Source: Eubacterium sp.
Lineage (GTDB): Bacteria > Bacillota > Clostridia > Oscillospirales > Acutalibacteraceae
Assembly: GCA_051881215.1 (NCBI GenBank)
Contig: JBJEPL010000154.1
Coordinates: 1 to 44,136 of the forward strand
Length of the DNA: 44,136 nt
Reading direction: 5' to 3'
This document shows positions 38,101-44,136 of the stretch, piece after piece. A model generated the notes under the pieces. The model had not been told where the DNA came from. It saw nothing but the letters and a program-made list of their open reading frames with translations, and did not search any database. Position numbers and translations under genes: made by a program. Every line of letters starts with the position of its first letter. The first letter of the stretch is position 1.

Positions 38101-38657
38101 ACGACCAAGCACAGGTTGTTCTTTCAAAGTCAATCAATGACGGAGCAATGTATAAATCGGCAGTATGGAGCGTAGAAGATGCAACAGATACAGCGGCCGA
38201 GGAGGATGCAGACGGCAACCTTGTTATTACAAAGACCGCTGAAAGAGGCTCTATTACAGTTACGCTTACCGTTACGGACGATTACGACAGAGAAATTACA
38301 AAATCAGTAACCTTAAGCATTGTTGATCAGATTATTAATATAACCTCGATTGCTCTTACCGCTGACGGCGAGGCCGTAACCGGAAGCATTGTCCGTTCCT
38401 GCGGCGGAACATATACAAGCTTCAGTGGAATTCAATTAGGTTATATTCCTACTCCTGAAAATGCAAACTCTGTGGATACCGTTACTTACACCTCTTCTGC
38501 ATCGTCTTATATAACTGTTGACAGCAACGGATTATTAACGCTTACAACAGCAGGTAAGCTTCGTACATCGAATACGGCAACAATAACATGTACTGTTACA
38601 AATATCGACGGAACAACAGCAGAAGCTTCTGTCAGCGTAACAATTACAAGAGCGTAG
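32142..38657 (+). CDS. Giant secreted Ig-like (Big_2) / FIVAR repeat protein, 2171 aa
   Basis: Sec signal peptide ending AFA. Many W-x-SS-D/N-x-S-I/V-A-x-VD-xx-G-x-V-T Big_2 motifs. Five helical FIVAR-like repeats (D-xx-AL...SQ-xx-V/ID-xx-xxL). RBS GAGGAGG. Confidence 0.9.
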   Translation: MTAKTGKRLLSLFIAVLMAVTGLVPAFDAFAADGVVGICDIELFYKDTQTIVPSTDDEGNNYIEYMVEGQELELTYKLIDSEFPNSGYVKWYSETPTLVDVTQEGVVKAFDSSKGAVVQTWIDNEVKTIPLVGSIMASALEKALFNEYVDLDSMDTEEIVEIVEGAFGSDSILDQYIESYQGELIDSLRYYLDNINSNIHVQLYDSDGTLLDDDYVQICVTKNEEWYANFLPNGTHITNKSQINTTVAVGSSVQIYAVTTPLRLHYGVVYSVKSSSVFDQGKVVATVNDSGLVTFKNTGTVTIMVSPDTEEIIEGILKLVNYIYALDNTGTLDTDKIAGILIDYVGLDMNRTVLAGILDVCFAVKDIVGDTADPVQLTATAVEVISNLVLQFVYNDTITFTVVEPQPITDFDIDGPTTVREGSQIQMAITNVQPSMGDTSDITWRSSDPSIASVDPITGVITGRDAGGSLGSLSSQKCVIYAVSAANQIERSVNLTVTGKTGKYLSDVEINGRQYLEIGDEEDYTYTVYPQRVGESDNLYIKWGIQNGYDEENNPVYIWATAEEPATDGIGTIDTMGHYVVTDGGNCTIAVQATTGYYLSNGSFYEISSYIGTLEVTNGVPVESITINPTGATSNGSLTIAPTVTIDGKDYTYATIYKGVGEGYLGNGAIVSATVYPANASNQTVKWVVDNSYYENEVSEDTHTATVTQKAGHEVADTFNIYAVSEDGDVVSNVVTICVTRNNATGNVIDQDKFELSKGQQKDATHTMSFSGSWTGGAYACYKANWYSSDEGVFTVANKGNDNSDAVITAVDVGKATLYCVSADGGIVDSCEVTVYPDKTYLRNIVNICDRTVIKRTTENLSDYKDYMKKLDLAYYVLYDEDLASQTVCDTTADNLLFAFYKLGGFVGIGRVEILGQNQAQLASDFITVNVGSTTSYKKYSYDLDFKVLPADAMYSDITWTSSDSSITVDKNGVCTPASNDPCAAKITCTVTDYMGTQTSDSVYIAFSRTKATGVTLDTTSIVGGKIGETQTLTATVLPKAVLGVGGASCTQVAWMSSDESIASVDENGVVTFNKGGDCLITCMTMDGGYKADCTVNVVTNYSPLILLINQYNDLQLNSINYYPDTWETYQSALTDATAMVQQGGYSQSQVDAMYARLEAAYNGLKKYNYIQKIELYLDGEATKEFYQYDLSLLSEGISYKNAVLDLNVRIYPNNGSYESVTWESSTTDISVTNEGKCSPTINSSCYGMITCTVTDHFGNVFTDSVWVSYSYIPVTSLDLSDTNISGPVGSTYQLACTVQPTGTSLTHIGAASIQDYYWESDNTSIATVDQTGLVTFKNAGATIVRAVSYDGGISAECVVSSEGDRSALMAALELYKDVDYRDYEYSYGMEFKAAYEEAQTALTDNTLSQSAIDSAAERLSSAGAALADHPYVHVDSFNLTYSARGLTSSIGSGTVGSSDALSIKLSSSYASYSNYVEITAGALPSGSMYQSLTWSVDSTTNMDSSISSNVIKLTPTKTTDGGMAVVTITATDHYGASVSRTIKVVMSRNVCSGITVSPENLSLYCTSSPYQISSSLSGSPEFAGVEWSSSNTAVATVDQNGIVTPVEKGEAVITAKSVDGGYTATVNLSVLTDFSTLASKQNEYYNLIESVKETYEYTQESLDVLSAAVSDAKTMIDEGKATQAEVNAMIERLDNAYNSLVKYIVATGITINVVEGQSSVTVPNPGFIRYSDTQISGKSVKLNASFEPENSLYETIEWTSSSSDITVDNEGIVFNDSYSSQVSKITCTITTVKGDTYSDSVYVSFTRSAVTGISFADDLVFGAPQQTVTLSPVITNANSSSAFVIKNCAYISSNPEIASVDENGVVTFNTQGTATITATTLDGGYTATIEAFTTWDTTALKSAIDAAAGIDYMDYAYEYGTAFNTAYNNAVAVYDNIYAQQAEIDSACAALTEATANLEGNEFVTPVIDIIRNGETVADNSVQQVDDQAQVVLSKSINDGAMYKSAVWSVEDATDTAAEEDADGNLVITKTAERGSITVTLTVTDDYDREITKSVTLSIVDQIINITSIALTADGEAVTGSIVRSCGGTYTSFSGIQLGYIPTPENANSVDTVTYTSSASSYITVDSNGLLTLTTAGKLRTSNTATITCTVTNIDGTTAEASVSVTITRA
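34650..38024 (+). repeat. Five intragenic modules of about 265 aa (FIVAR-like bundle + two Ig-like domains)
   Basis: Helical repeats start near 34650, 35439, 36231, 37038 and 37827, with spacings of 789-807 nt. Confidence 0.75.
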
Positions 38658-38668
38658 GAGGCTGAACA

Positions 38669-40021
38669 ATGAAAAAGTCGTTAAAAAAATCTCTTGCGCT
38701 TCTGGTTGCTCTTGTTATTACTTCAACCTGCTTTTATGCTTTTGCAGATGACCTTGTTGCAATTAATGATACCACCTTCCCTGATCCCGTGTTCAGGGAA
38801 GTGGTAAGCGTGAATTACGATGCAAACGGCGACGGCTATCTTAATACCGAGGAGCGCGCTGTTACAACCATGACTGTTAACGGTATGCTTGAGGATTTAA
38901 GAATTGATGAAACAAATACCGTAGTAAGAGCAGATTCGGTTATCAAAAATCTTCAGGGAATTGAATATTTTGCCGATACTCTCAAAATTTTAAGATGCGG
39001 TGACATCGGTCTTGAAAGCCTTGATATATCGTCACTTGAACTTCTTACCTCACTTTCGTGTAACGGTAACGAGCTTACAACGCTTGATTTAAGCCATAAT
39101 TTTAACTTAACCGATGTTAGATGTCAGGGTAATCGCCTTACAAGCCTTGATATAAGCGGACTTAATGCTATTAGGATTTTGTATTGCTATACAAATAATC
39201 TTACATATCTTGATGTTTCAAATCTGATTTCTCTTGAGCAATTAATGTGCTTCAATAATCAGCTTGAGTCGCTTGTTACTGTAAATAATCCTTTGTTAAG
39301 CAGTCTTAACTGCTCAAACAACCATATTCTTTCTCTTGATTTAAGTAAAAATACAGCGTTGGGTATCGTTACCGACTATATGATCGGCGATCAGACCTCT
39401 ACCGCAAGAGCAAGAATAGCAGACGGAAAAATAAATATAACCTTCCTTGTTGATACCGTAAGCTATCTTACAACCTCAAGCCTTGATACCGAGGAAACAA
39501 AGGCTTATACCGGTACGGGCTTTGTTGTTGATGAGGTTAGCGATATTGCAGACGGCATTGACTATACATATTATGTAGGCTTAAGCTCAAGCGAGGATAT
39601 GCGAGTTCACCTTGATATTATCAGAGATTTTTATCAGGTTAATTTCTACACTGCCGATGATTTAGGCGAAAGGTTGAGCTATTCGTTTGTTAATACAGGT
39701 CAAAGTGCAGTGGCGCCGGATGTTCCCGAGCCTCCTCAATGCAAGGCATTCTCCTCATGGAGCGAGGATATAACAAATGTTACTTCTGATTTAGATGTAT
39801 ATATTGTTTGGGCTGATGACCATTCATACGCTCTTACGGGATTTGCCGATTCAATTGCAACCATAAGCTGTACGGCGTGTCAGGATGCAAGCTATACAGT
39901 TGATTTCAAAACCTGTATTAATGCCAAGGCAGGTGACAGCAATTATGATGAATATATTGATGTCGTTGATGACGGAATAATCAATGCAAAGGATTTTGCA
40001 CAGTTGAATAAAATGTTTTAA
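38669..40021 (+). CDS. Secreted leucine-rich repeat protein with B-repeat-like domain and C-terminal single dockerin/EF-hand-like loop
   Basis: Signal peptide ending AFA, FPDPVFR...DANGDGYL cap, about six 21-aa LxxLxCxxNxLxxLD repeats, YQVNFY...FSSWSEDITNVTSDL, terminal DVVDDGIINAKDFAQL. RBS AGGAGG. Confidence 0.88.
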   Translation: MKKSLKKSLALLVALVITSTCFYAFADDLVAINDTTFPDPVFREVVSVNYDANGDGYLNTEERAVTTMTVNGMLEDLRIDETNTVVRADSVIKNLQGIEYFADTLKILRCGDIGLESLDISSLELLTSLSCNGNELTTLDLSHNFNLTDVRCQGNRLTSLDISGLNAIRILYCYTNNLTYLDVSNLISLEQLMCFNNQLESLVTVNNPLLSSLNCSNNHILSLDLSKNTALGIVTDYMIGDQTSTARARIADGKINITFLVDTVSYLTTSSLDTEETKAYTGTGFVVDEVSDIADGIDYTYYVGLSSSEDMRVHLDIIRDFYQVNFYTADDLGERLSYSFVNTGQSAVAPDVPEPPQCKAFSSWSEDITNVTSDLDVYIVWADDHSYALTGFADSIATISCTACQDASYTVDFKTCINAKAGDSNYDEYIDVVDDGIINAKDFAQLNKMF

Positions 40022-40023
40022 TC

Positions 40024-40058
40024 AAAACGGACAGGATTTAAAAATCCTGTCCGTTTTT
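40024..40058 (+). terminator. Intrinsic terminator after the LRR gene
   Basis: AAAACGGACAGGATTT-aa-AAATCCTGTCCGTTTTT. Confidence 0.85.
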
Positions 40059-40075
40059 CATACACAACTGTTTAT

Positions 40076-40106
40076 AAAAAATCCTCTCCTTTTATCGGAG
40101 AGGATT
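40076..40106 (-). terminator. Intrinsic terminator after the TetR gene
   Basis: AATCCTCTCC-N7-GGAGAGGATT followed by a U-run on the minus strand. Confidence 0.7.
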
Positions 40107-40114
40107 GCTTTTTC

Positions 40115-40651
40115 TTATACATTATTCGATTTGAGCATACCGCAAATTGCTCTTGTGAGCTCTGCTTTATTAAAAACGGGCAGAGGCTCGATTACAGCGT
40201 CGATACAGCCGGCAACCGCAAAGGTTATGGTTGATACTTCATAATAATTGTTTTCAAGCGTAAAGCCGTTATTTTCAGCTATTGCTTTAACAATGTTCTC
40301 CTTTAAAACCTTAATTGCAGGACTGCAAATATTGCTTGATTTGAATTTATAAAGATAGTCGGTTTCTTTTTCAACCTCGTCAAGCAGTCGGCTTACAGCC
40401 GGAAGGGGATTTCTCTTTATATCATTATAATTAATCCGTTTTGAGAGATCTATAACGCCGTTCATTATTATCTGAAAACAGCTCTGAAGGCAGTCATCCA
40501 TACTTTTATAATGCAGGTAAAATGTACTCTTATTTATATCTGCTCTTTTGCAAAGCTCAAGCACGGTGATTTTGCTTGTATCCTTTTCAACCATAAGGTC
40601 AAGAACAGCGTTGAAAACTGCTGCCTTTGTTCTTTTAATTCTTCTGTCCAT
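40115..40651 (-). CDS. TetR/AcrR family transcriptional regulator
   Basis: MDRRIKRTK...KITVLELCKRADINKSTFYLHY. Start corrected to ATG 40651 behind GAGGT. Confidence 0.92.
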   Translation of the reverse strand: MDRRIKRTKAAVFNAVLDLMVEKDTSKITVLELCKRADINKSTFYLHYKSMDDCLQSCFQIIMNGVIDLSKRINYNDIKRNPLPAVSRLLDEVEKETDYLYKFKSSNICSPAIKVLKENIVKAIAENNGFTLENNYYEVSTITFAVAGCIDAVIEPLPVFNKAELTRAICGMLKSNNV

Positions 40652-40867
40652 CTCTGTAATAACCTCTAAAAGTAACAATACATTGCTACAAATTTAGCAC
40701 AATAATTTTAGCATAATAGAAGCAGTAAATCAATTAAATGTCGGATATTTGGAGATTGTTCCAAAAAAAGCAACTTTAATTTGTGAAAAAAGAACAAGTG
40801 CAAAGTGAAAACGCTTCACAAAAGTGAAAATAAAAATAAAAAAATTTTCCTATGTCAACAAAAAATA

Positions 40868-40902
40868 TTGTAAAGTCGGAATTTGTATTGTATAATACAA
40901 TA
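40868..40902 (+). promoter_or_regulatory. SDR promoter with perfect 17-bp palindrome over the -10
   Basis: TTGTAA-N17-TATAAT (40868-40896) and TATTGTAT-A-ATACAATA (40886-40902). Confidence 0.65.
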
Positions 40903-40944
40903 TGATATAAATTAATAATTATTAGATATCGGGAGGATAAATCA

Positions 40945-41796
40945 ATGACTGATTTTTGCAGCAACGGTGAATGGCTTAAGGGCAAAACCGTTATCGTAAC
41001 AGGCGCATCTGGCGGAATGGGCGCCGGCATTGCCGCAACTCTTATCAAAAAGCACGGATGCAGAGTTGTCGGCGTGGCAAGAAGCGAGCCTAAAATGCTT
41101 AAATTTATAGAGGAGCTCGGTCCTACATACGCAGAGCAGTTTTCATATAAGCTCTTTGATGTTTCTGTTAAAGAGAATTGGGAAAGCTTTGCAAAAGAGC
41201 TTGAAGAGGAGGGACTTAAGCCTTCTGTTCTTATCAATAATGCAGGCATTCTTCCTAAATTCAAGAGATTTGACAGATATTCATATGAGGAAATTGAAAG
41301 AGCAATGAATATCAATTTCTATTCCTGCGTTTACAGCGTTAAAACTCTTCTTCCTGTTATTATGCAGCAGGAGGATCCGGGTATTATTAACATTGACTCC
41401 TCTGCCGCTCTTATGACCTTGGCAGGTACATCAATGTACAGCGCTTCAAAGGCCGCTCTTAAAGGCTTTACCGAAGCATTAAGAATTGAGTTCAAGGGTA
41501 AATGCTATGTCGGTCTTGTTTGCCCGGGCTTTACAAAGACTGATATTTTCCGTGACCAGAAAAACGACGGCGGCAAGGGTCAGAAGGTTATGGATATGAT
41601 TTCAACCGACTGCGACCGTATGGTTAAAATGATTATGTTCGGTATTGAGCACAAGCGCCCAATGATGGTTCACGGTCTTGACGCTCATGCTATGTCTGTA
41701 TTTAACAGAATGATGCCGGTTATGGGTTCGGAGCTTTTCTCAACCGTAATGAAGGTTGCTGATATCGACCTGTTTAACGATGTATTTAAAGACTGA
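40945..41796 (+). CDS. Classical short-chain dehydrogenase/reductase, probably NADP(H)-dependent
   Basis: TGASGGMG, VARS (Arg after beta2), INNAG, catalytic Ser in DSSAA, YSASK, CPGFTKT. Confidence 0.93.
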   Translation: MTDFCSNGEWLKGKTVIVTGASGGMGAGIAATLIKKHGCRVVGVARSEPKMLKFIEELGPTYAEQFSYKLFDVSVKENWESFAKELEEEGLKPSVLINNAGILPKFKRFDRYSYEEIERAMNINFYSCVYSVKTLLPVIMQQEDPGIINIDSSAALMTLAGTSMYSASKAALKGFTEALRIEFKGKCYVGLVCPGFTKTDIFRDQKNDGGKGQKVMDMISTDCDRMVKMIMFGIEHKRPMMVHGLDAHAMSVFNRMMPVMGSELFSTVMKVADIDLFNDVFKD

Positions 41797-41807
41797 TTAA
41801 ACAGCTT

Positions 41808-41845
41808 AAGGACGAAACTGCCAACGGCGGCGGTTTCGCCTTTTT
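41808..41845 (+). terminator. Terminator-like hairpin between SDR and GPH genes
   Basis: AAGG-a-CGAAACTGCC...GGCGGTTTCG-CCTTTTT. Confidence 0.55.
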
Positions 41846-41874
41846 GCATTTATCTGTAAGCGAGGTATAATACT

Positions 41875-43341
41875 ATGAGCAATGTTAAAAATGATATTAC
41901 TACACAAAAGCATATGAATTTTAAAGAGATTGCCGCCTATTCGCTCGGTCTTTTCGGCTTTCAGGCAATAGTAGGGCTTCTTAATTCATATCAGGCTGAA
42001 TTTGACGCGTCAATTTTGGGCGCCGATATTGCAGTTGTCGGAATTTTAATTCTTGTTGCAAAAATTGTTTCGGCTGTTTTTGACCCTATTGTCGGAAATA
42101 TGATTGACCGTTCAAAAAGCAAGCACGGCAAATTCAAATCAATGATTATGTATTCGCTTTTGCCGCTTCTTGTTATGACAGCGGTTGTATTCATAAATGT
42201 TCCTTTTAAAGAAAACAGAATTGCGACTTATGTATGGATATTTGTTACATATCTCATCTGGAGCCTTGCAATGACGCTCGGCGATGTTCCGTCGCAGGGT
42301 ATTGCGTCTGTTTTAACTCCTAATCCTACCGAAAGAACAAATGTTGTTTCAATTTCAAATACATTCAAGCAAATCGGATTTTCCGCATGCGTTGTAATCG
42401 TTCCCGTAGTCTGCCTCATTATCCCGAACGGCTCAAAGGTGTTTGTTTCAAACGGAGAAACTGATACGCCTATGATTTCAACGGAGTATTTTTGGACTGC
42501 TGTTTTAACAGCGCTTTTGGGATGTATCCTTTTTGCACTTATCCCAATGCTCAATAAAGAGCGCGTTGCTTATGTTGCCGGTGAAAAAACAACATTTAAG
42601 GATATGATATCTGCACTAAAAAACAATAAACCGCTGACGCTTGTTATCGTTTCCTATTTCCTCGGCTTCGGCAGGCAGATGGCAATGGGTATTCAGGTTC
42701 AGGCGGCAAATGTTCTTTTAGGCTCGCAGAATCTTGTTGCCGTTCTCGGTATTGTTACGGCAATCGGCTCAATGATAAGCATGGCAATATGCCCTCTTCT
42801 TATCAAAAAAATGGGCGAGAAAAAAGTGTATCTCCTGATGTCCTTCTACGGCTTCGGTGTTTCGGTTCTTTCCTTTGTAATCGGCCATTTTTGGTTTATT
42901 AATCCCAATAATACATTCCTTACAATTTTCTTTTATGTAACATTATTCCTTGTAGGCTTGCAGTTTGCCGCTGTAACTCTTATGCCGATGATTATGACAG
43001 CCGACTGCGTTGATTATTACGAATATGAAACAGGCAAGAGAATGGAGGGCGCCGCTTATTCCGTTCTTACCCTTACCATTAAGGTATGCCTTGCTTTGGG
43101 AACGGCTCTGGGCCTTGTGTTCATTCAGTTTTCAGGCTATTCCGATACCGTTGTGCAGATTACTGCAGGAACTGTTTCGGGCTTTGATACAAAAACAAAG
43201 GATATCGTATTCTTTGCCTATACGGTAATGCCGGGTATCCTTGCTCTGCTTTCAACAATTCCGATGTTTAAGTATGATATCGTCGGCGAGAAGAAGGCAA
43301 AAATTGCTTCGGAGCTTGCCGCAAGAAGAGAGAGCAAATAA
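41875..43341 (+). CDS. MFS transporter, GPH/MelB-like family
   Basis: About 12 hydrophobic segments, FDPIVGNMIDRSKSKHGKFK, GDVP, NKERV, MTADCVDYYEYETGKRMEG. Confidence 0.92.
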   Translation: MSNVKNDITTQKHMNFKEIAAYSLGLFGFQAIVGLLNSYQAEFDASILGADIAVVGILILVAKIVSAVFDPIVGNMIDRSKSKHGKFKSMIMYSLLPLLVMTAVVFINVPFKENRIATYVWIFVTYLIWSLAMTLGDVPSQGIASVLTPNPTERTNVVSISNTFKQIGFSACVVIVPVVCLIIPNGSKVFVSNGETDTPMISTEYFWTAVLTALLGCILFALIPMLNKERVAYVAGEKTTFKDMISALKNNKPLTLVIVSYFLGFGRQMAMGIQVQAANVLLGSQNLVAVLGIVTAIGSMISMAICPLLIKKMGEKKVYLLMSFYGFGVSVLSFVIGHFWFINPNNTFLTIFFYVTLFLVGLQFAAVTLMPMIMTADCVDYYEYETGKRMEGAAYSVLTLTIKVCLALGTALGLVFIQFSGYSDTVVQITAGTVSGFDTKTKDIVFFAYTVMPGILALLSTIPMFKYDIVGEKKAKIASELAARRESK

Positions 43342-43358
43342 TTAATAATAAAAAATAC

Positions 43359-43410
43359 GGGCTGTGAAGAAACGGCATTTTAAATGATTGCCGGGCTTCA
43401 CAGCCCTTTT
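43359..43410. terminator. Long hairpin terminator between convergent genes
   Basis: GGGCTGTGAAG...CTTCACAGCCC-TTTT with inner CGGCA/TGCCG stem. Confidence 0.7.
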
Positions 43411-43422
43411 ATATTGGAACGA

Positions 43423-44136
43423 TTAACCCTTAATATAAATTTGAACAGTCCTTGGCTGGCTCCAAGCTGTTATTCGGTTATTTTCGGCGTCTACGGCTCT
43501 TATTCTGACATAATATTTCTTTTGAGTGTTGACTGTTCCTGTCGGTACTTCTACCTTAATATTTGACTTGCAGAAGCTGCCGTTATTCAAAGCCTTTACT
43601 CTGACAGTTCTTGCACCTGAAAAGCTGCTGTTAGTTGAATACTGAACATCATATGCTGTTGAATTTTGTGAACAGGTGTGGTCAATTTCAATAGAATTTT
43701 TGCTTGTGCCTGACAGTAATCTTATAATTGACGAAGCCTGAAGAGGCTCAAGCTGTGTAGTAATGCTTTGCTTAATTGTAAAGTATTCTGTCATTACGCC
43801 GCTATAGCGTTCACTGCACAACTCAACTGTTACTGTTGCTGTGCCTACATTTATGTTATTACTCATTTTCACCATATAATCCGAAGATGGTATCGTCACT
43901 CCGTTTGCATCTAAAACCTTTACATTAGGATATATTGCTTTACCTGTATACGCAAACTCATTTGTATAGCTTTTCATATCAAGAGAAAGCTTTATTGTTT
44001 TTGGCTTGGATATTGTTTTTTTATAATCATAATCACAATTTGTGCAGTATTCTCTGTAATATCCGTCGCAGTCAGGCGTTGCAGGGACTGTCTCTTCCTG
44101 AATATTGCAATCAAGCAACTCTGTTTCCTGTTGTTC
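43423..44136 (-). CDS. 3' part of a cell-surface protein with C-terminal fibronectin type III-like domain (5' end outside the window)
   Basis: The frame stays open to the window edge (EQQETELLDC...). Contains a CDG...CxxC repeat, a YTGKAIYPNVKV...NNINVGTATVTV module, and the FN3 signature YDVQYSTNSSFS...KYYVRIRA...WS. Confidence 0.8.
   Translation of the reverse strand, partial: EQQETELLDCNIQEETVPATPDCDGYYREYCTNCDYDYKKTISKPKTIKLSLDMKSYTNEFAYTGKAIYPNVKVLDANGVTIPSSDYMVKMSNNINVGTATVTVELCSERYSGVMTEYFTIKQSITTQLEPLQASSIIRLLSGTSKNSIEIDHTCSQNSTAYDVQYSTNSSFSGARTVRVKALNNGSFCKSNIKVEVPTGTVNTQKKYYVRIRAVDAENNRITAWSQPRTVQIYIKG

Noticed and set aside
34650-39360. Repeats considered as a CRISPR array or DGR template/variable pair
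   Set aside because: They are degenerate in-frame protein repeats. There is no repeat-spacer array, cas gene or reverse transcriptase in the window.
40945-41796. Naming the SDR as a specific hydroxysteroid or cholesterol dehydrogenase
   Set aside because: The motifs define only the classical SDR class, and substrate cannot be assigned from sequence by eye.
41844-41874. TTGCAT-N16-TATAAT promoter for the second GPH gene
   Set aside because: The -10 ends 3 nt before the ATG, so the transcript would miss that start. The region reads better as RBS GAGG plus spacer. It is not fully excluded if ATG 41914 is used.

Overview
A chromosomal window from a low-GC anaerobic Bacillota (Clostridia). The gene style suggests an Oscillospirales/Eubacterium-like gut organism, but this is inference. 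The first 30 kb is mostly housekeeping: serC-serA, a tRNA-Met/Glu/Arg operon, lexA, mrp, a HAD phosphatase, DegV, birA, rplM-rpsI, a metF-split metH-Rrf2 operon, feoB with a small unannotated Cys-rich partner, and purL-apgM-metY-CsoR-like. It also holds a glycan cassette: a GPH/MFS transporter plus a membrane-anchored protein, divergent from GH120 and GH29 genes. The last 13.5 kb is accessory: an output-less multi-PAS protein with a switch-like leader, a 2171-aa secreted Ig-like/FIVAR repeat protein, an LRR protein with a half-dockerin tail, a TetR divergent from an SDR and a second GPH transporter, and a partial FN3 surface protein. This last cluster is the best candidate for an undescribed system, because the giant-protein and SDR promoters share a related 17-bp palindrome over their -10 boxes. 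I found no CRISPR array, rRNA, transposase or phage gene. All family calls come from motif recognition by eye, not from database searches.
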